This document shows, one piece after another, positions 27,580-38,432 of a DNA stretch of 64,000 nucleotides. Within the stretch, counting starts at the first letter, position 1. Every line of letters begins with the position of its first letter. Both the position numbers and the translations under genes were made by a program. The notes under the pieces were generated by a model that worked only from the letters and a program-made list of their open reading frames with translations, was not told the origin of the DNA and made no database searches. The DNA is taken from assembly GCA_934757855.1 (NCBI GenBank), contig CAKVLR010000002.1:93825-157824 (forward strand), given 5' to 3'. The stretch is from an uncultured Clostridia bacterium. GTDB lineage: Bacteria; Bacillota; Clostridia; Christensenellales; UBA1242.

Positions 27580-28347
27580 TTAGTTATTTAGGTGCTGTAC
27601 GCCTGCGCGGTCAATGGTGTAATTTTCTTTGTACACCAAATCACCTACGCAACCTACCGTGTACCCTTTTAGTTTTAACCTATCAAGCACAATCGGCAAA
27701 GCATCTAATATATGGTCCGAATTATTGTGGCAAAGGATAATCGAACCGTCATTTACGCGCGTGAGTATTCTATTTGATATTTCACTACCGCTGATACCTT
27801 TCCAGTCAAGCGAATCAACATTCCATTGAATGGTTTGCAAATTCATACTTTCTGCAACTTCAAGTAATTGATTGTTGTAAGCACCAAATGGCGGACGGAA
27901 TAATTTTATATCTACATCGACTGCGTTTTTAATCTTTGCGATAGATTGCTCCAATTCCAAACTAACTTGCTCGCGACTGAGTTTTGTCATATCAGGGTGA
28001 GTGTTGCTATGAGTGCCTATTTCAAAGCCCTTATCGTGAATTTCTTTAACAATGTCCGCATATTTTTCCGCCCAAAACCCTACCAAAAAGAAGGTCGCAT
28101 TTGCGTTGTACTCGCTCAAAATTTTCATAATATCACGAGTTTTGTCCGCTCCCCACGCTGCATCAAAACTGATAGCAACACGCTTTTCCGTTGTATCTAC
28201 ATTGTATACAGGGATTTTACGCAAGTTATCTCCAAAAAATACGGCAGACATAGCATTTTCACCCAAAGGCATTGCAAGTATTCCACAAAGCACCATTACA
28301 AGCAACAATGACCATAGCACCGTTCGTTTTATCACAAGAAATCTCAT
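27580..28347 (-). CDS. Polysaccharide deacetylase, NodB domain (PdaA/PdaB-like)
   Basis: 255 aa with an N-terminal signal anchor and the NodB motifs FDAAWG, GTHSNTHPDM and LFRPPFG. Confidence 0.8.
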   Translation of the reverse strand: MRFLVIKRTVLWSLLLVMVLCGILAMPLGENAMSAVFFGDNLRKIPVYNVDTTEKRVAISFDAAWGADKTRDIMKILSEYNANATFFLVGFWAEKYADIVKEIHDKGFEIGTHSNTHPDMTKLSREQVSLELEQSIAKIKNAVDVDIKLFRPPFGAYNNQLLEVAESMNLQTIQWNVDSLDWKGISGSEISNRILTRVNDGSIILCHNNSDHILDALPIVLDRLKLKGYTVGCVGDLVYKENYTIDRAGVQHLNN

Positions 28348-28520
28348 AAAACCTCACATAAATATTTTAGCAAAAATATACGCAAAACCGCTCTTAAAAA
28401 TATGTCGAAATTTAGTCGATACTATCTTTAAAGTTAAAGTCTTGTCGAAATTTTTACCGCTTTGCTTAATGTATATGAGTTTAATTCCAAATTTAACACA
28501 AAAACTAAAATTTACTGTTT

Positions 28521-28558
28521 TTAAAAAACGAAAAAAGACTGCATATATGCAATCTTTT
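28521..28558 (-). terminator. Intrinsic terminator after the topoisomerase operon
   Basis: The minus strand has an AAAGATTGCATATATGCAGTCTTT hairpin followed by TTTCGTTTTTT. Confidence 0.7.
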
Positions 28559-28601
28559 TCAAATTTTTGTTTATAAACTATGCGCAAAAGTCTAAAATTT
28601 G

Positions 28602-31049
28602 CTATTTTTCATTTTTAAACCCTTGTCTAATACCTGTTATGCCTTTTAGAGGCTCACCCTTCTTTTCACGAGGAATAATTTTTATTTTTTCGCTACTTAT
28701 GGCTTGTGTTTCTTCGGTTGTGATAAATACCACTTCGGCAGGAGTTGTGATGCAAGTAGCAAAGGTAATTTTATCCTCTTTGCTAAGCAAAATCAATCTT
28801 ACACCCTTTCTATATCTAGGTAACTTATCAATTTGTGCTAAAATTACGCGTTTTGTTAAACCATTTTCGGTAGCAACGACAATCTCGCCCTCATCGGCAG
28901 AAAGCCCCGCATAAACTACATAGTCACCCTCATACAGGCTGACACCTTTTACACCACCAGATACCCTACCTTGAATAGGTATATCGTCTTTTGTAGCAAA
29001 GAGTACTTGACCATATGCGGTCGCATAAATCATATCGTGGCCATCTACATCAAATTCAATGTTGATGACTTTGTCATCATCTTTGACTTTAACCGCTTGT
29101 ATATAACTCTTTACCGTGTTGTACTCACTAAATGCGGTTTTCTTGACCATACCTTGTTTTGTAAAGAACAACAAGTTGCGCTCCTCGTTTTCCGCAAATT
29201 CAGCAGGTATAAGAGTTACAATTTGCTCATCCATTGCAAATTCCATAAATAGGTCGCGCGGACTCGTTCCTTTATCACGGTACTTGCAAGGTTTTAAATC
29301 TGTCATATTAAATCTAATGCAATAACCCGCACTCGTGAAAGCCAAAATTTCTGCATCAGACTTAGTTTTGAGAATTTGCGTATGCACTTGATTGAGAGAA
29401 CCGCCTGTCTTAAAGTCTTTTTGTGCATTTGCATAAGTCTTTGCGTCCATTGCTTTTAGGTCACCTTGCGCCGTTAAACCTAATACCATAGGCACAGCGA
29501 CATCAACTTGTACTGTTTCAATTTCCACCCGTTCTTGCGCGCCCAAAATTTGAGTACGGCGTGGATTTTTGTACTTGCGCTTGATTTCCAAAATCTCATC
29601 TTTGACCGTTTGATACTGCAAAGCGGTACTTTTGATAATCGCTGTTAGTTTGTCTATCAAAATTTTCAATTCTTTCAATTCATCAGTAATTTTGTTTACT
29701 TCCAAACTAGTAAGTCTAGCAAGTCGCATATCCAAAATCGCTTGCGCTTGTCTTTCTGAAAGGATAAATCTATCTTTCAATTTCATTTTTGCATCAGCGG
29801 TAGAAACTGCTTTTTTGATAATTTTTACCACTTCATCAATATTTTTGATAGCAATTAACAAGCCCTCTAAAATGTGGCTACGCTCTTTTGCTACTTCCAA
29901 ATCATACTTGCTACGGCGCAAAATAATCTCGCGTTGGTACTCAACATAGTATTGAATAATCTCCATAAGGCTGAGTGTCTTTGGCTTTGCGCCAGCGATT
30001 GCAACCATATTGATAGCAAAACTACAACGCATATCGGTACTTTTCATCAAACTATCGACAATCGCTTGTACATTGCCCTCTTTTTTGATTGAAATTACCG
30101 CACGCATACCATTTCGGTCGCTTTCATCGCGCACTTCTGCAATATTTGAAAGTATGCCCTCTTTTTCCTCACTAAGTTCTACGATATTTTGCAATAATTT
30201 TGCTTTGTTAACTTGATAAGGCAATTCAGTAATAACGATATTCTTCTTTTCGTTTTTTCCTTCTTCAATGTGATATTTTGCAATCATCATTATTTTGCCT
30301 TTACCAGTTTCGTATGCTTTTTGCAACTCATCGGTTGTCATCAACGCACCCGTAGGAAAGTCGGGACCTTTGATTATTTTCATCATTTGCTTTAAAGTAA
30401 TCTTTGGGTTGTCGATATACGCAACAACGCCATCAATTACCTCTGCTAGGTTGTGTGGTGGTATGTTTGTTGCCAAACCAACTGCAATACCGCTCGCACC
30501 ATTAACAAGCAAGTTTGGAAATCTACCTGGGAGCATATCTGGCTCTTTTAGAGAGTCATCAAAATTTAGGCTCCAATGCACTGTATCTTTGTCCAAATCG
30601 CGTAAAAGTTCGAGAGCGAGTGGTGCAAGTCTAGCCTCTGTATAACGCATCGCTGCTGCACTATCACCATCATTACTACCAAAGTTTCCGTGACCCTCTA
30701 CCAAAATTTCGCGCATATTGTATGGTTGAGCCATACGCACCATTGCATCATACACGGAAGTATCACCATGAGGGTGATATTTACCTAAACATTCACCTAC
30801 GATACGCGCAGATTTTTTGAAAGGCTTGTCTGGGTCAAGTCCCATATCTTTCATTGCATACAAAATTCTACGCTGAACAGGTTTTAAACCGTCCTCTACA
30901 CGAGGCAACGCACGGTCAAGAATTACAAATTCACTATACGGCATCATACTATTGTGTAGTACCGCATCCATACCGCACTCAATAATTCCACCAGCAACTG
31001 CTTCATCAATAGCACCCGTGCTAGCCGTATTTTTTTCTTTTTCTTTCAT
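28602..31049 (-). CDS. parC: Type IIA topoisomerase subunit A, ParC-like (topoisomerase IV A rather than GyrA)
   Basis: 815 aa with [37 protein letters not shown] and [11 protein letters not shown] see no GyrA-box (QRRGGKG-like) in the C-terminal domain, and the Q in KPVQRR and E.HGN are ParC-like from recall. Confidence 0.65.
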   Translation of the reverse strand: MKEKEKNTASTGAIDEAVAGGIIECGMDAVLHNSMMPYSEFVILDRALPRVEDGLKPVQRRILYAMKDMGLDPDKPFKKSARIVGECLGKYHPHGDTSVYDAMVRMAQPYNMREILVEGHGNFGSNDGDSAAAMRYTEARLAPLALELLRDLDKDTVHWSLNFDDSLKEPDMLPGRFPNLLVNGASGIAVGLATNIPPHNLAEVIDGVVAYIDNPKITLKQMMKIIKGPDFPTGALMTTDELQKAYETGKGKIMMIAKYHIEEGKNEKKNIVITELPYQVNKAKLLQNIVELSEEKEGILSNIAEVRDESDRNGMRAVISIKKEGNVQAIVDSLMKSTDMRCSFAINMVAIAGAKPKTLSLMEIIQYYVEYQREIILRRSKYDLEVAKERSHILEGLLIAIKNIDEVVKIIKKAVSTADAKMKLKDRFILSERQAQAILDMRLARLTSLEVNKITDELKELKILIDKLTAIIKSTALQYQTVKDEILEIKRKYKNPRRTQILGAQERVEIETVQVDVAVPMVLGLTAQGDLKAMDAKTYANAQKDFKTGGSLNQVHTQILKTKSDAEILAFTSAGYCIRFNMTDLKPCKYRDKGTSPRDLFMEFAMDEQIVTLIPAEFAENEERNLLFFTKQGMVKKTAFSEYNTVKSYIQAVKVKDDDKVINIEFDVDGHDMIYATAYGQVLFATKDDIPIQGRVSGGVKGVSLYEGDYVVYAGLSADEGEIVVATENGLTKRVILAQIDKLPRYRKGVRLILLSKEDKITFATCITTPAEVVFITTEETQAISSEKIKIIPREKKGEPLKGITGIRQGFKNEK

Positions 31050-31059
31050 TATTTTACTC

Positions 31060-33018
31060 CTAGTTTACTGGCTTAAAATTATCTTCTTTGTTAAAGTTTG
31101 CGTGTTGTGTGATATATGCCTTGCGCGCTTCAATATTATCACCCATAAGTGTAGTAATCATTAATTCCGCATTTGCAATATCTTCCAAAGTTACACGCAT
31201 TAGAGAACGAGTTTGCGGGTTCATCGTTGTGTCCCAAAGTTGTTCTGGGTTCATTTCACCCAAACCTTTGTATCGTTGCATAGTGTAACCCTTACCTATT
31301 CTCTCCACAGCCTCAGGTAATTCCGCATCAGAATACACATATTCCACATGGTCGCGCTTTGCAATTTTATATAAAGGTGGCAAACCGATATACACATGAC
31401 CGTTCAGCACTAATTCTTTCATATACCTAAAAAAGAATGTAAGCAAAATTGCTCGTATGTGTGCACCATCTTGGTCGGCATCACTAAGAATGATAACTTT
31501 GTGATATTTTAGATTTGATAAATTAAAATCTTCGCCGATACCCGTACCTAATGCGCTAATTATAGTACGAATTTCCTCGTTTGCAAGTACTTGCGCTAAG
31601 CGTTTTTTCTCCGCGTTAAGTGGCTTACCTCTAAGTGGCAAAATCGCTTGAAAACTACGGTCGCGGGCTTGCTTTGCACTACCTCCCGCACTATCGCCCT
31701 CAACGATAAACAATTCGTTTATCTCGGCTTTTCTGCCCGTACAACTACTTAGTTTACCTACAAGATTGCTATTTTCAATACTGTTTTTCGCACGCGTAAT
31801 TTCCTTTGCCTTTCTTGCAGCCTCGCGCACTTTGGCGGCAGATTTACCTTTGTTGATTGCAAGTTCTAGCACATTTTTGTGTGCGTTTTGGTCAAAATAT
31901 TCCATTAGTTTTGTATAAGCAAGATTGTCAACCTCAGGCTTAATTTCAGTATTGCCTAGTTTAGTCTTGGTTTGCCCCTCAAACTGCACATTGCGCATTT
32001 TGACAGAAAGTACAATCGTTAAGCCCTCGCGGTAATCTTCACCGATTAGAGGTGGCTCTTTATCTTTGATGAGATTGTATCTTTTACCCAAATCATTAAA
32101 TGCACGCGTAATGGCATTTTTTAGTCCGTTTTCGTGAGTACCACCCTCGCTAGTAGGAATATTGTTTACATAACTAAATGTATTTTCCGTGTAACTATTT
32201 GTGTACTGCATAGCACAAGCAATTTGACACAAATCACTCTTTGCCTCAAAATAAATAGGCTCTTGATGTTCGACCGTTTTATTTTCATTAAGGTATTTCA
32301 CGAAATCGCGCAAGCCACCCTCGTAGTGGTACACTTGTGTAAGCGGTTCGCCATTAGTGAGTTTCCTTTCATCAATCAAGATAATCTTGATACCTTTATT
32401 TAAGAAAGCAATTTCGCGCAAACGCTTTGATACAACTTCAAAGTCAAAATTGATATCTTCAAAAACTCTGTCATCTGGCAAAAATCTAACCAAAGTACCA
32501 GTCCTATCCGTTTTACCAACTTTTTTCAATGGGGCTACTGGAATACCACTCTTTATTTTAGAGCCACTGCCTGTACTCTCAAATTGCATTTCATATTCAT
32601 ACCCTTCACGGAATACCGATACAGTTAGCCACCTAGAAAGCGCATTTGCAACAGATGCACCTACACCGTGCAAACCTCCCGAAAAGCCATAGTTATCATT
32701 ATTAAATTTACCACCAGCGTGCAACTGTGTGAACACTACCTCAACACCGCTTACTTTCATTTGCGGGTGAATATCTACTGGAATACCGCGCCCGTTGTCC
32801 TCTACTTGCGCGCTACCGTCCTCTTCTAAGGTCACCGTAATTGTATCGCCGTGTCCATTCGCCAACTCATCAACTGAGTTATCTACAATCTCCCACAAAA
32901 GGTGGTGCAAGCCCTTTGTGCCTGTCGTACCAATGTACATACCTGGCCTCATTCTTACCGCATCAAGCCCTTCTAGCACGACTATATCTTTTGATTCATA
33001 AGTTTTAGACAAAATCAT
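31060..33018 (-). CDS. parE: Type IIA topoisomerase subunit B, ParE-like
   Basis: GHKL ATPase ([29 protein letters not shown]) and Toprim ([29 protein letters not shown]) motifs. The start is taken at ATG 33018 (MILSKTYES...) because the ORF-track start lies in promoter-like AT-rich sequence. Confidence 0.65.
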   Translation of the reverse strand: MILSKTYESKDIVVLEGLDAVRMRPGMYIGTTGTKGLHHLLWEIVDNSVDELANGHGDTITVTLEEDGSAQVEDNGRGIPVDIHPQMKVSGVEVVFTQLHAGGKFNNDNYGFSGGLHGVGASVANALSRWLTVSVFREGYEYEMQFESTGSGSKIKSGIPVAPLKKVGKTDRTGTLVRFLPDDRVFEDINFDFEVVSKRLREIAFLNKGIKIILIDERKLTNGEPLTQVYHYEGGLRDFVKYLNENKTVEHQEPIYFEAKSDLCQIACAMQYTNSYTENTFSYVNNIPTSEGGTHENGLKNAITRAFNDLGKRYNLIKDKEPPLIGEDYREGLTIVLSVKMRNVQFEGQTKTKLGNTEIKPEVDNLAYTKLMEYFDQNAHKNVLELAINKGKSAAKVREAARKAKEITRAKNSIENSNLVGKLSSCTGRKAEINELFIVEGDSAGGSAKQARDRSFQAILPLRGKPLNAEKKRLAQVLANEEIRTIISALGTGIGEDFNLSNLKYHKVIILSDADQDGAHIRAILLTFFFRYMKELVLNGHVYIGLPPLYKIAKRDHVEYVYSDAELPEAVERIGKGYTMQRYKGLGEMNPEQLWDTTMNPQTRSLMRVTLEDIANAELMITTLMGDNIEARKAYITQHANFNKEDNFKPVN

Positions 33019-33287
33019 TCTCCTCTTGCGTTTATATTTAATATTGTAACACAAAACGAAAAAAATAAAAAATTATTTTGCGCATAATTTTGCAAATTTT
33101 TTAATTTTTTTGCATATTTTGGCTTGTTTTGAGCCCTTTTTGGGAGAAACGCAAATAAAATATGCAAATTTTTAGAAATTTTGTTTTAGATTGTCTATGG
33201 CAAAAATCTTAATTTTTTAGACAAATTTTTGCAGATTTTCCTAATATTTTTGAGAAGATTACATATAATACACGCAAGGAGAATTTT

Positions 33288-34340
33288 ATGAAAACTATTG
33301 TGTTGACTGGCGGTGGCACTATGGGACATATCACCCCAAATCTAGCGCTTTTGCCTAAACTAAAAAATCATTTTGAGCGTATTATATATATAGGAAGTGA
33401 AAACGGAATTGAACGCGAAGTATTAGCAAATTACCCCGAAGTTACCTATTACCCTATCACCACCGTAAAACTTGTGCGTAGCCTCAGTCCTAAAAATTTT
33501 CTCATTCCTTTCAAACTTGCAAAGGGCAAACGCGAAGCAAAAAAAATATTAGCCGAAATTCAACCTGATGTGATTTTTTCAAAGGGTGGCTTCGTGTCCG
33601 TACCTGTCGCCCTTGCTGGCGCAAAATTAGATATACCATTGATTTTGCACGAAAGCGATTTTTCGCTAGGGCTAGCAAACAAAATCACAAAACGCAAGGC
33701 AAAAGTTGTGCTAACTACATTTAAAGATACGGCTGAAAAAATAAATAATGGGCTTTTTGTAGGCCCTCCCCTTGCCAAAACAGAAATTACACAAGCAGAA
33801 AAAACACGCATAAAAAATATGTACAATCTTAATTCAAGCAAGCCTATTTGTTTAATCGTTGGTGGCAGTTTGGGTGCAAGTAGCATAAATAAAACCGTGA
33901 TTGAAGCGCTAGATGCATTGCTCAAAAATTATCAAATTTTACACATTACTGGTAAAAACAAATCTACCGAAATTAAGCGCGCAGGTTACACACAAATTGA
34001 ATTTAGCAATATGATGCCAGCAATAATGGAAATCAGCGATATTGCAATCACGCGCGGTGGCTCAAATATTATTTTTGAACTACTTTCGCACAATGTACCT
34101 ATGCTGATTATCCCTCTACAAAAAGGCAGTCGGGGTGACCAAATTCTAAACGCAAACTACTTTGAAAAAAAAGGTTACGCTCTCACACTTTCCGAAGATA
34201 ATCTCAACGCTCAAAATTTGATTAATAGCATCAAGCAACTGCAAACGCGTGCAAATTTAATGCGCGCAAATTCAAAATATGCCCTACCAAAAGACAGTTT
34301 AGATAAAATTTACAGCACTATCTTAAAATATAGCAAATAG
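33288..34340 (+). CDS. murG: Lipid II GlcNAc transferase MurG
   Basis: 350 aa with the N-terminal LTGGGTMGHITP glycine loop, a GT28 C-terminal domain (ITRGGSNIIFELL) and an AAGGAG RBS. Confidence 0.8.
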   Translation: MKTIVLTGGGTMGHITPNLALLPKLKNHFERIIYIGSENGIEREVLANYPEVTYYPITTVKLVRSLSPKNFLIPFKLAKGKREAKKILAEIQPDVIFSKGGFVSVPVALAGAKLDIPLILHESDFSLGLANKITKRKAKVVLTTFKDTAEKINNGLFVGPPLAKTEITQAEKTRIKNMYNLNSSKPICLIVGGSLGASSINKTVIEALDALLKNYQILHITGKNKSTEIKRAGYTQIEFSNMMPAIMEISDIAITRGGSNIIFELLSHNVPMLIIPLQKGSRGDQILNANYFEKKGYALTLSEDNLNAQNLINSIKQLQTRANLMRANSKYALPKDSLDKIYSTILKYSK

Positions 34341-34354
34341 CCTTTTTTAGCCAC

Positions 34355-34399
34355 AAACTATGCGCAAAACTACTTGCATACCACATTGCATAGTACCTA
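34355..34399. repeat. Degenerate plus intact copies of the dispersed subrepeat in a convergent intergenic region
   Basis: AAACTATGCGCAAAA (34355-34369) is identical to 28575-28589. ACATTGCATAGTACCTA (34383-34399) is the revcomp of 22047-22063. Confidence 0.85.
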
Positions 34400-34469
34400 A
34401 AATTTAATTTTAGTTGGGCAATCTAACTAATTTTACCAAACAAAAAAAAGTTGCTTTTAATTAGCAACT

Positions 34470-34955
34470 TTATATTTTAAGTAAAATTTCTTTGTCTGTT
34501 TTAAATTGAGTATATGTTACCCCGCAAATATCCAGCATTTTCTTTGATGCAATCACGGACTCGGTGTGCGCATATTTATCACAAAGGTAAACGATATGCT
34601 TTATGCCAGACTGAATAATCAATTTTGTACACTCGTTGCACGGGAACAAATCGACATAAATTGTCGCACCTTGCAACTCTTTTCTATTGCCTCGATAGTT
34701 TAAAATCGCATTCATTTCCGCGTGGCACACATAAAAATATTTGGTTTCAAGTGCATCGCCCTCGCGTTTCCAAGGAAAATCTTTATCGTTAAACCCGTTT
34801 GGCGCGCCATTGTAACCGATAGACAAAATTCGCTTATCATCAGCCACAATACAAGCCCCCACTTGCGTAGAAGGGTCTTTGCTTCGTTTTGCAGAGAGTT
34901 TGGCAACCGCCATAAAGTACTCGTCCCAACTCAAATAATCTTTTCTTTGTTCCAT
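34470..34955 (-). CDS. comEB: dCMP deaminase (ComEB family)
   Basis: Zinc-binding motifs HAEMNAI and PCNECTKLIIQSGI. Start at ATG 34955 (MEQRKDYLSWDEYFM) matches the usual N-terminus; the ORF-track start is at 34979. Confidence 0.85.
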   Translation of the reverse strand: MEQRKDYLSWDEYFMAVAKLSAKRSKDPSTQVGACIVADDKRILSIGYNGAPNGFNDKDFPWKREGDALETKYFYVCHAEMNAILNYRGNRKELQGATIYVDLFPCNECTKLIIQSGIKHIVYLCDKYAHTESVIASKKMLDICGVTYTQFKTDKEILLKI

Positions 34956-35146
34956 ATTATTATGATAGCAAATTCGCAAACAAAAGTCAAATAAATTAGC
35001 GCAATATACTCTCTTAATCTTGCAAGTTACCCACCACTTTCATTTCCCTACTCCACCTATTGAGTGATATAAAAAATGTTTTTTAATTTAATAAATTTAT
35101 GTATAATTATAAATTAAAAATTTTTTATAATTTTTCGAACATTTGT

Positions 35147-35175
35147 TTGACAAATATATTTTTATATGCTAAAAT
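35147..35175 (+). promoter_or_regulatory. Sigma-A-type promoter for the HTH gene
   Basis: TTGACA (35147-35152), a 17-nt spacer, then TGcTAAAAT (-10 hexamer at 35170-35175). Confidence 0.65.
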
Positions 35176-35204
35176 AAGTACACAAAAATAAAGAGGTAAC
35201 AAGA

Positions 35205-35537
35205 ATGCAACTATATATAATGATGGCAATTTTATTGAAACTAATTCAAAATGAAAAGGTAACCGCTCCCCAACTTGCGCAAGATTTTGAGGTAAGCACG
35301 CGCTCAGTTTACCGTTATATTGATAGTTTAAGTGCGTGCGGAGTGCCAGTTTGCACAATGGCAGGTAGAAATGGTGGTATTGCTCTTTCCTCTCAATTTA
35401 ATTTAAGCAATATGTTTTTTACGCAAAATGAACTAGAAACCCTTAAACAATTAATTACACCTAACAGTCCTGAAAATTTAGCCATTTTGCAAAAATTAAA
35501 TTACATTATTACGCATAATTATACACAAAATGTATAA
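35205..35537 (+). CDS. Short HTH protein (YafY/DeoR-type N-terminal HTH_11 only, no WYL domain)
   Basis: 110 aa. VTAPQLAQDFEVSTRSVYRYIDSL is a typical HTH_11 motif. The protein ends well before a WYL domain would occur. Confidence 0.6.
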   Translation: MQLYIMMAILLKLIQNEKVTAPQLAQDFEVSTRSVYRYIDSLSACGVPVCTMAGRNGGIALSSQFNLSNMFFTQNELETLKQLITPNSPENLAILQKLNYIITHNYTQNV

Positions 35538-35540
35538 ATA

Positions 35541-36632
35541 TTATTTTTCAATTATTTTGTCTATTTTTGATAAATCTTTCAAGACATTTGAGTTGTATTC
35601 GTAATTTAAGGTTTGTTTTTCCAAAAATTGATTAATAGCATTTTCAATATTTAATGATAACAATTTTGAAAAACTAATCCCCTCACTCCGCCACAAATAA
35701 AAGGCAAAACTACCTGGTATCGTGTTAATTTCATTGAGATAAATTTGTTCGTTTGCTAAAAAGAAATCCATTCGCACAACGCCTTGCAAATCCAGTGTTT
35801 GATATGCTAGCGTTGCTAGATATTTAATTTTTTCTGCAAGTTTAGGCTCTAAGTCTGCTGGGACTTTGCGAGTTAAATCTTTTTGATACTTTTCCTCAAA
35901 ACCATAAAATTTAGGGCAAAATACTTCTTCAATGGCAGAAACTTTTATTTCTTTGCCCATACGGAAAAGTGAAATATTTAATTCTCTAAACTCACTCAAA
36001 CATTCCTCAACTATGACCTTATTATCAAAATTTTGCGCATACTTAATCGCTGAATTTAGGTCTTTTTTGCTTTTTGCTAGTGTAATACCTATACTACTTC
36101 CACCTCGCGCAGGCTTCACAATTAATGGAAAATCAAGTTCATTTTTTGCAATTTCGGTCTTTAAATTATTCAAATCCGTCCCGTAAGCAAATTTTGGCGT
36201 ATCCACACCTATACTTTCCAAAATCAACTTGGTAACCACTTTATCCATACATACACTACTCCCCATCACACCAGCGCTTGTAGTAGGAATATCACTAAGG
36301 TTAAATACAGCCTCTACCGCCCCGCCTTCGTATATGCCACCGTGCAACGCAAGTACCGCGCAATCAATCTTTGTTTTATGTATAGAAAAAGCAGTTTTTA
36401 CGCACAGTTCTGGGCTATTCGGCAACAAAAAACATTTTTTTGCCTTGAAACCAGCCGTAAAACTTTCTGCATTTTTTAGGCTTTCACCTGTCCACCACTC
36501 ACCTTTTTTATCAATAAAAATAGGCAAAATGTTGTACTTTGCGCTTAAATTTTTGATTACCCCCAGCCCCGTAATTATGGATATATCGTGTTCCACCGTT
36601 TTACCACCAAACACTACCGCTATATTTTGCAT
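35541..36632 (-). CDS. ddl: D-alanine--D-alanine ligase
   Basis: ATP-grasp Ddl pattern (IAVVFGGKTVEHDISIITG, FPLIVKPARGGSSIGI, LNEINTIPG). ATG at 36632; the ORF-track GTG at 36638 lies inside the GAGGTG RBS. Confidence 0.88.
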   Translation of the reverse strand: MQNIAVVFGGKTVEHDISIITGLGVIKNLSAKYNILPIFIDKKGEWWTGESLKNAESFTAGFKAKKCFLLPNSPELCVKTAFSIHKTKIDCAVLALHGGIYEGGAVEAVFNLSDIPTTSAGVMGSSVCMDKVVTKLILESIGVDTPKFAYGTDLNNLKTEIAKNELDFPLIVKPARGGSSIGITLAKSKKDLNSAIKYAQNFDNKVIVEECLSEFRELNISLFRMGKEIKVSAIEEVFCPKFYGFEEKYQKDLTRKVPADLEPKLAEKIKYLATLAYQTLDLQGVVRMDFFLANEQIYLNEINTIPGSFAFYLWRSEGISFSKLLSLNIENAINQFLEKQTLNYEYNSNVLKDLSKIDKIIEK

Positions 36633-36782
36633 ATACACCTCAATTAATAATTTTTAAAGTATATATGAAATTCCCCCTCAACTTGTGCAAATTTTATACA
36701 CTATTATAATGACAATTTTCAAAAATAAAAAACACATAATATTAATGTGCTTTTTAAATTTGAATACACTTTCTATAATCAA

Positions 36783-38432
36783 TTATATATAATTATCGGG
36801 CAAATCGTTTTCCCATAAAATTACATCTTTTGGCATCAAAATATCTTTCATTATATTTTGAGTAGCGAGCATTGTTTCAGCCTCGTAAATTTTGGTTTCA
36901 TCAAATCCATTATCAAGCAAACCCTGCCTAATAGACAAATAGTGCGTCTTATTCACAATAATCACAATATCAGCGACTTTGCTAATCCGCACGCCGAAAT
37001 TATAGTTTTCCAATCTTTCCATAGTCCCTAGTTCCACAAGCCCTGGTGTAATCACAATTTTTCGTCTATCGGTAAACATTGACAAAACTTCTAGCGCCCT
37101 TTGGCTTCCTTCGATACTTGCGTTGTATGTGTCGTCCAAAATAACGACATCGTTTTCTGCATTTATCAACTGCAAGCGGTGTTCCACTGGCATAACTTTT
37201 GCAATTCCTGATTTAATTTGCTCCAAACTTAGATTTAATTCGTGCGCCATAGCAACGCATAACAATAAGTTGCTGATATTATGCAAGCCTAAAAGTTTGG
37301 TACTGCACTCAATTTTTTCATCTCCCAAATGCAGGGTAAAACTCGTTCCGCTAGCGTTTGTAATTATATTTGTTGCATAGATATTTGCTTTTCCACTCTT
37401 TATTTTTTCATCATCGATTGATACAAAAGATTTTTTGCACTTAGACACAAGCGCGATTTCTTTTACAGGTTCGCTATCAATGTTAAACACGCAAAAGCCT
37501 CTTTCACCCAAGTATTCAGGCAGTTCAGCCTTAGTCTTTTTGACATTTTCCAGCGACTTGAAAGTTGCTATATGTTGCGCGCCGATTGAGGTAACGATAC
37601 CATAATTTGGTTGCACCATTTCGCACAATTCTTTTATATCGCCTTGTTGCCTTGCGCCCATTTCAGCAATCAACACTTGATGCCCCATCGAAAGTTCTTG
37701 CAAAACAGTCTTTGTAATCCCCATAGGAGTATTAAAGTTGAATGGCGTTGCGCAAACACTGTATTTTTCACTAAGAATAGTCGCTAAAAAGTTTTTTGTA
37801 CTTGTTTTTCCAAAACTGCCTGTTATGCCTATACGAATGAGATTTGGAAATTGCGCGAGTTTTTTGTTTGATTTTTTAATATAATTTTTATTGATTGAAT
37901 TTTCAATAGGCTTCATCAACCAGTGAACAAACGGCACTAAAATCGGCAAAATCAATGGAGAAAGCGCGACCGCACCAAACCTAAATATTGACAAAAACAT
38001 ACTAGACAACACAATCAGCCCAAACGAAATTATCGCACTAAACACAAACAAAAGTATCACCGCTCTATTCATTCGGTTCGTCATTTTGAGCGGAGTTTTT
38101 TTGGGTGCCGTATATACATTAATTATATAGATATAACTAAAAAGCAAATAAAATATCAACCCCAAATAACTAAGGTAGTCGTTGTAGCCGTCAAAAATTA
38201 CATTTGACACAATCAAGCACGCCGAGGACAGCACAGCCACAAGCGCAAGCCTACCTACATACGCCCCGCCCGAATTTTTCAACCAGTCAAAATACCCACG
38301 CGAATGATAACCAGACAGTTGAATAACTTGCAAAAATTTGTACCCTTCAAAACAAAGCACAAACGCGTTTACAATCGCAATGGCTAGCGCAATATAGAAA
38401 TGCCCGTTTGAAAAATCGTAAAATTCAATCAT
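36783..38432 (-). CDS. murF: MurF-like Mur ligase with an N-terminal polytopic membrane domain
   Basis: P-loop GITGSFGKTSTK at about residue 203, MurF-like FNFNTPMG, AEMGARQQGDI and DDTYNAS. Residues 1-170 form about five hydrophobic helices in place of the usual N-terminal domain. Co-operonic with ddl. Confidence 0.7.
   Translation of the reverse strand: MIEFYDFSNGHFYIALAIAIVNAFVLCFEGYKFLQVIQLSGYHSRGYFDWLKNSGGAYVGRLALVAVLSSACLIVSNVIFDGYNDYLSYLGLIFYLLFSYIYIINVYTAPKKTPLKMTNRMNRAVILLFVFSAIISFGLIVLSSMFLSIFRFGAVALSPLILPILVPFVHWLMKPIENSINKNYIKKSNKKLAQFPNLIRIGITGSFGKTSTKNFLATILSEKYSVCATPFNFNTPMGITKTVLQELSMGHQVLIAEMGARQQGDIKELCEMVQPNYGIVTSIGAQHIATFKSLENVKKTKAELPEYLGERGFCVFNIDSEPVKEIALVSKCKKSFVSIDDEKIKSGKANIYATNIITNASGTSFTLHLGDEKIECSTKLLGLHNISNLLLCVAMAHELNLSLEQIKSGIAKVMPVEHRLQLINAENDVVILDDTYNASIEGSQRALEVLSMFTDRRKIVITPGLVELGTMERLENYNFGVRISKVADIVIIVNKTHYLSIRQGLLDNGFDETKIYEAETMLATQNIMKDILMPKDVILWENDLPDNYI

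Noticed and set aside
28052-28576. 174-aa plus-strand ORF
   Set aside because: It is antisense to the deacetylase gene and runs across the intergenic promoter and terminator region.
28602-33018. Calling the topoisomerase pair gyrB/gyrA
   Set aside because: The A subunit has KPVQRR and E.HGN variants and no GyrA-box-like motif in the C-terminal domain, and there is no dnaA-dnaN-recF context. ParE/ParC is favoured, but it is not proven without a phylogeny.
33109-33168. 12-bp inverted repeat TTTGCATATTTT / AAAATATGCAAA in the parE-murG divergent region
   Set aside because: It is A/T-rich and could arise by chance in this composition. I found no second occurrence and no obvious positional relation to a -35/-10 pair.
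35205-35537. Possible WYL-type defence-associated regulator
   Set aside because: Only the N-terminal HTH is present, with no WYL domain. The neighbours are ddl and dCMP deaminase, not defence genes.
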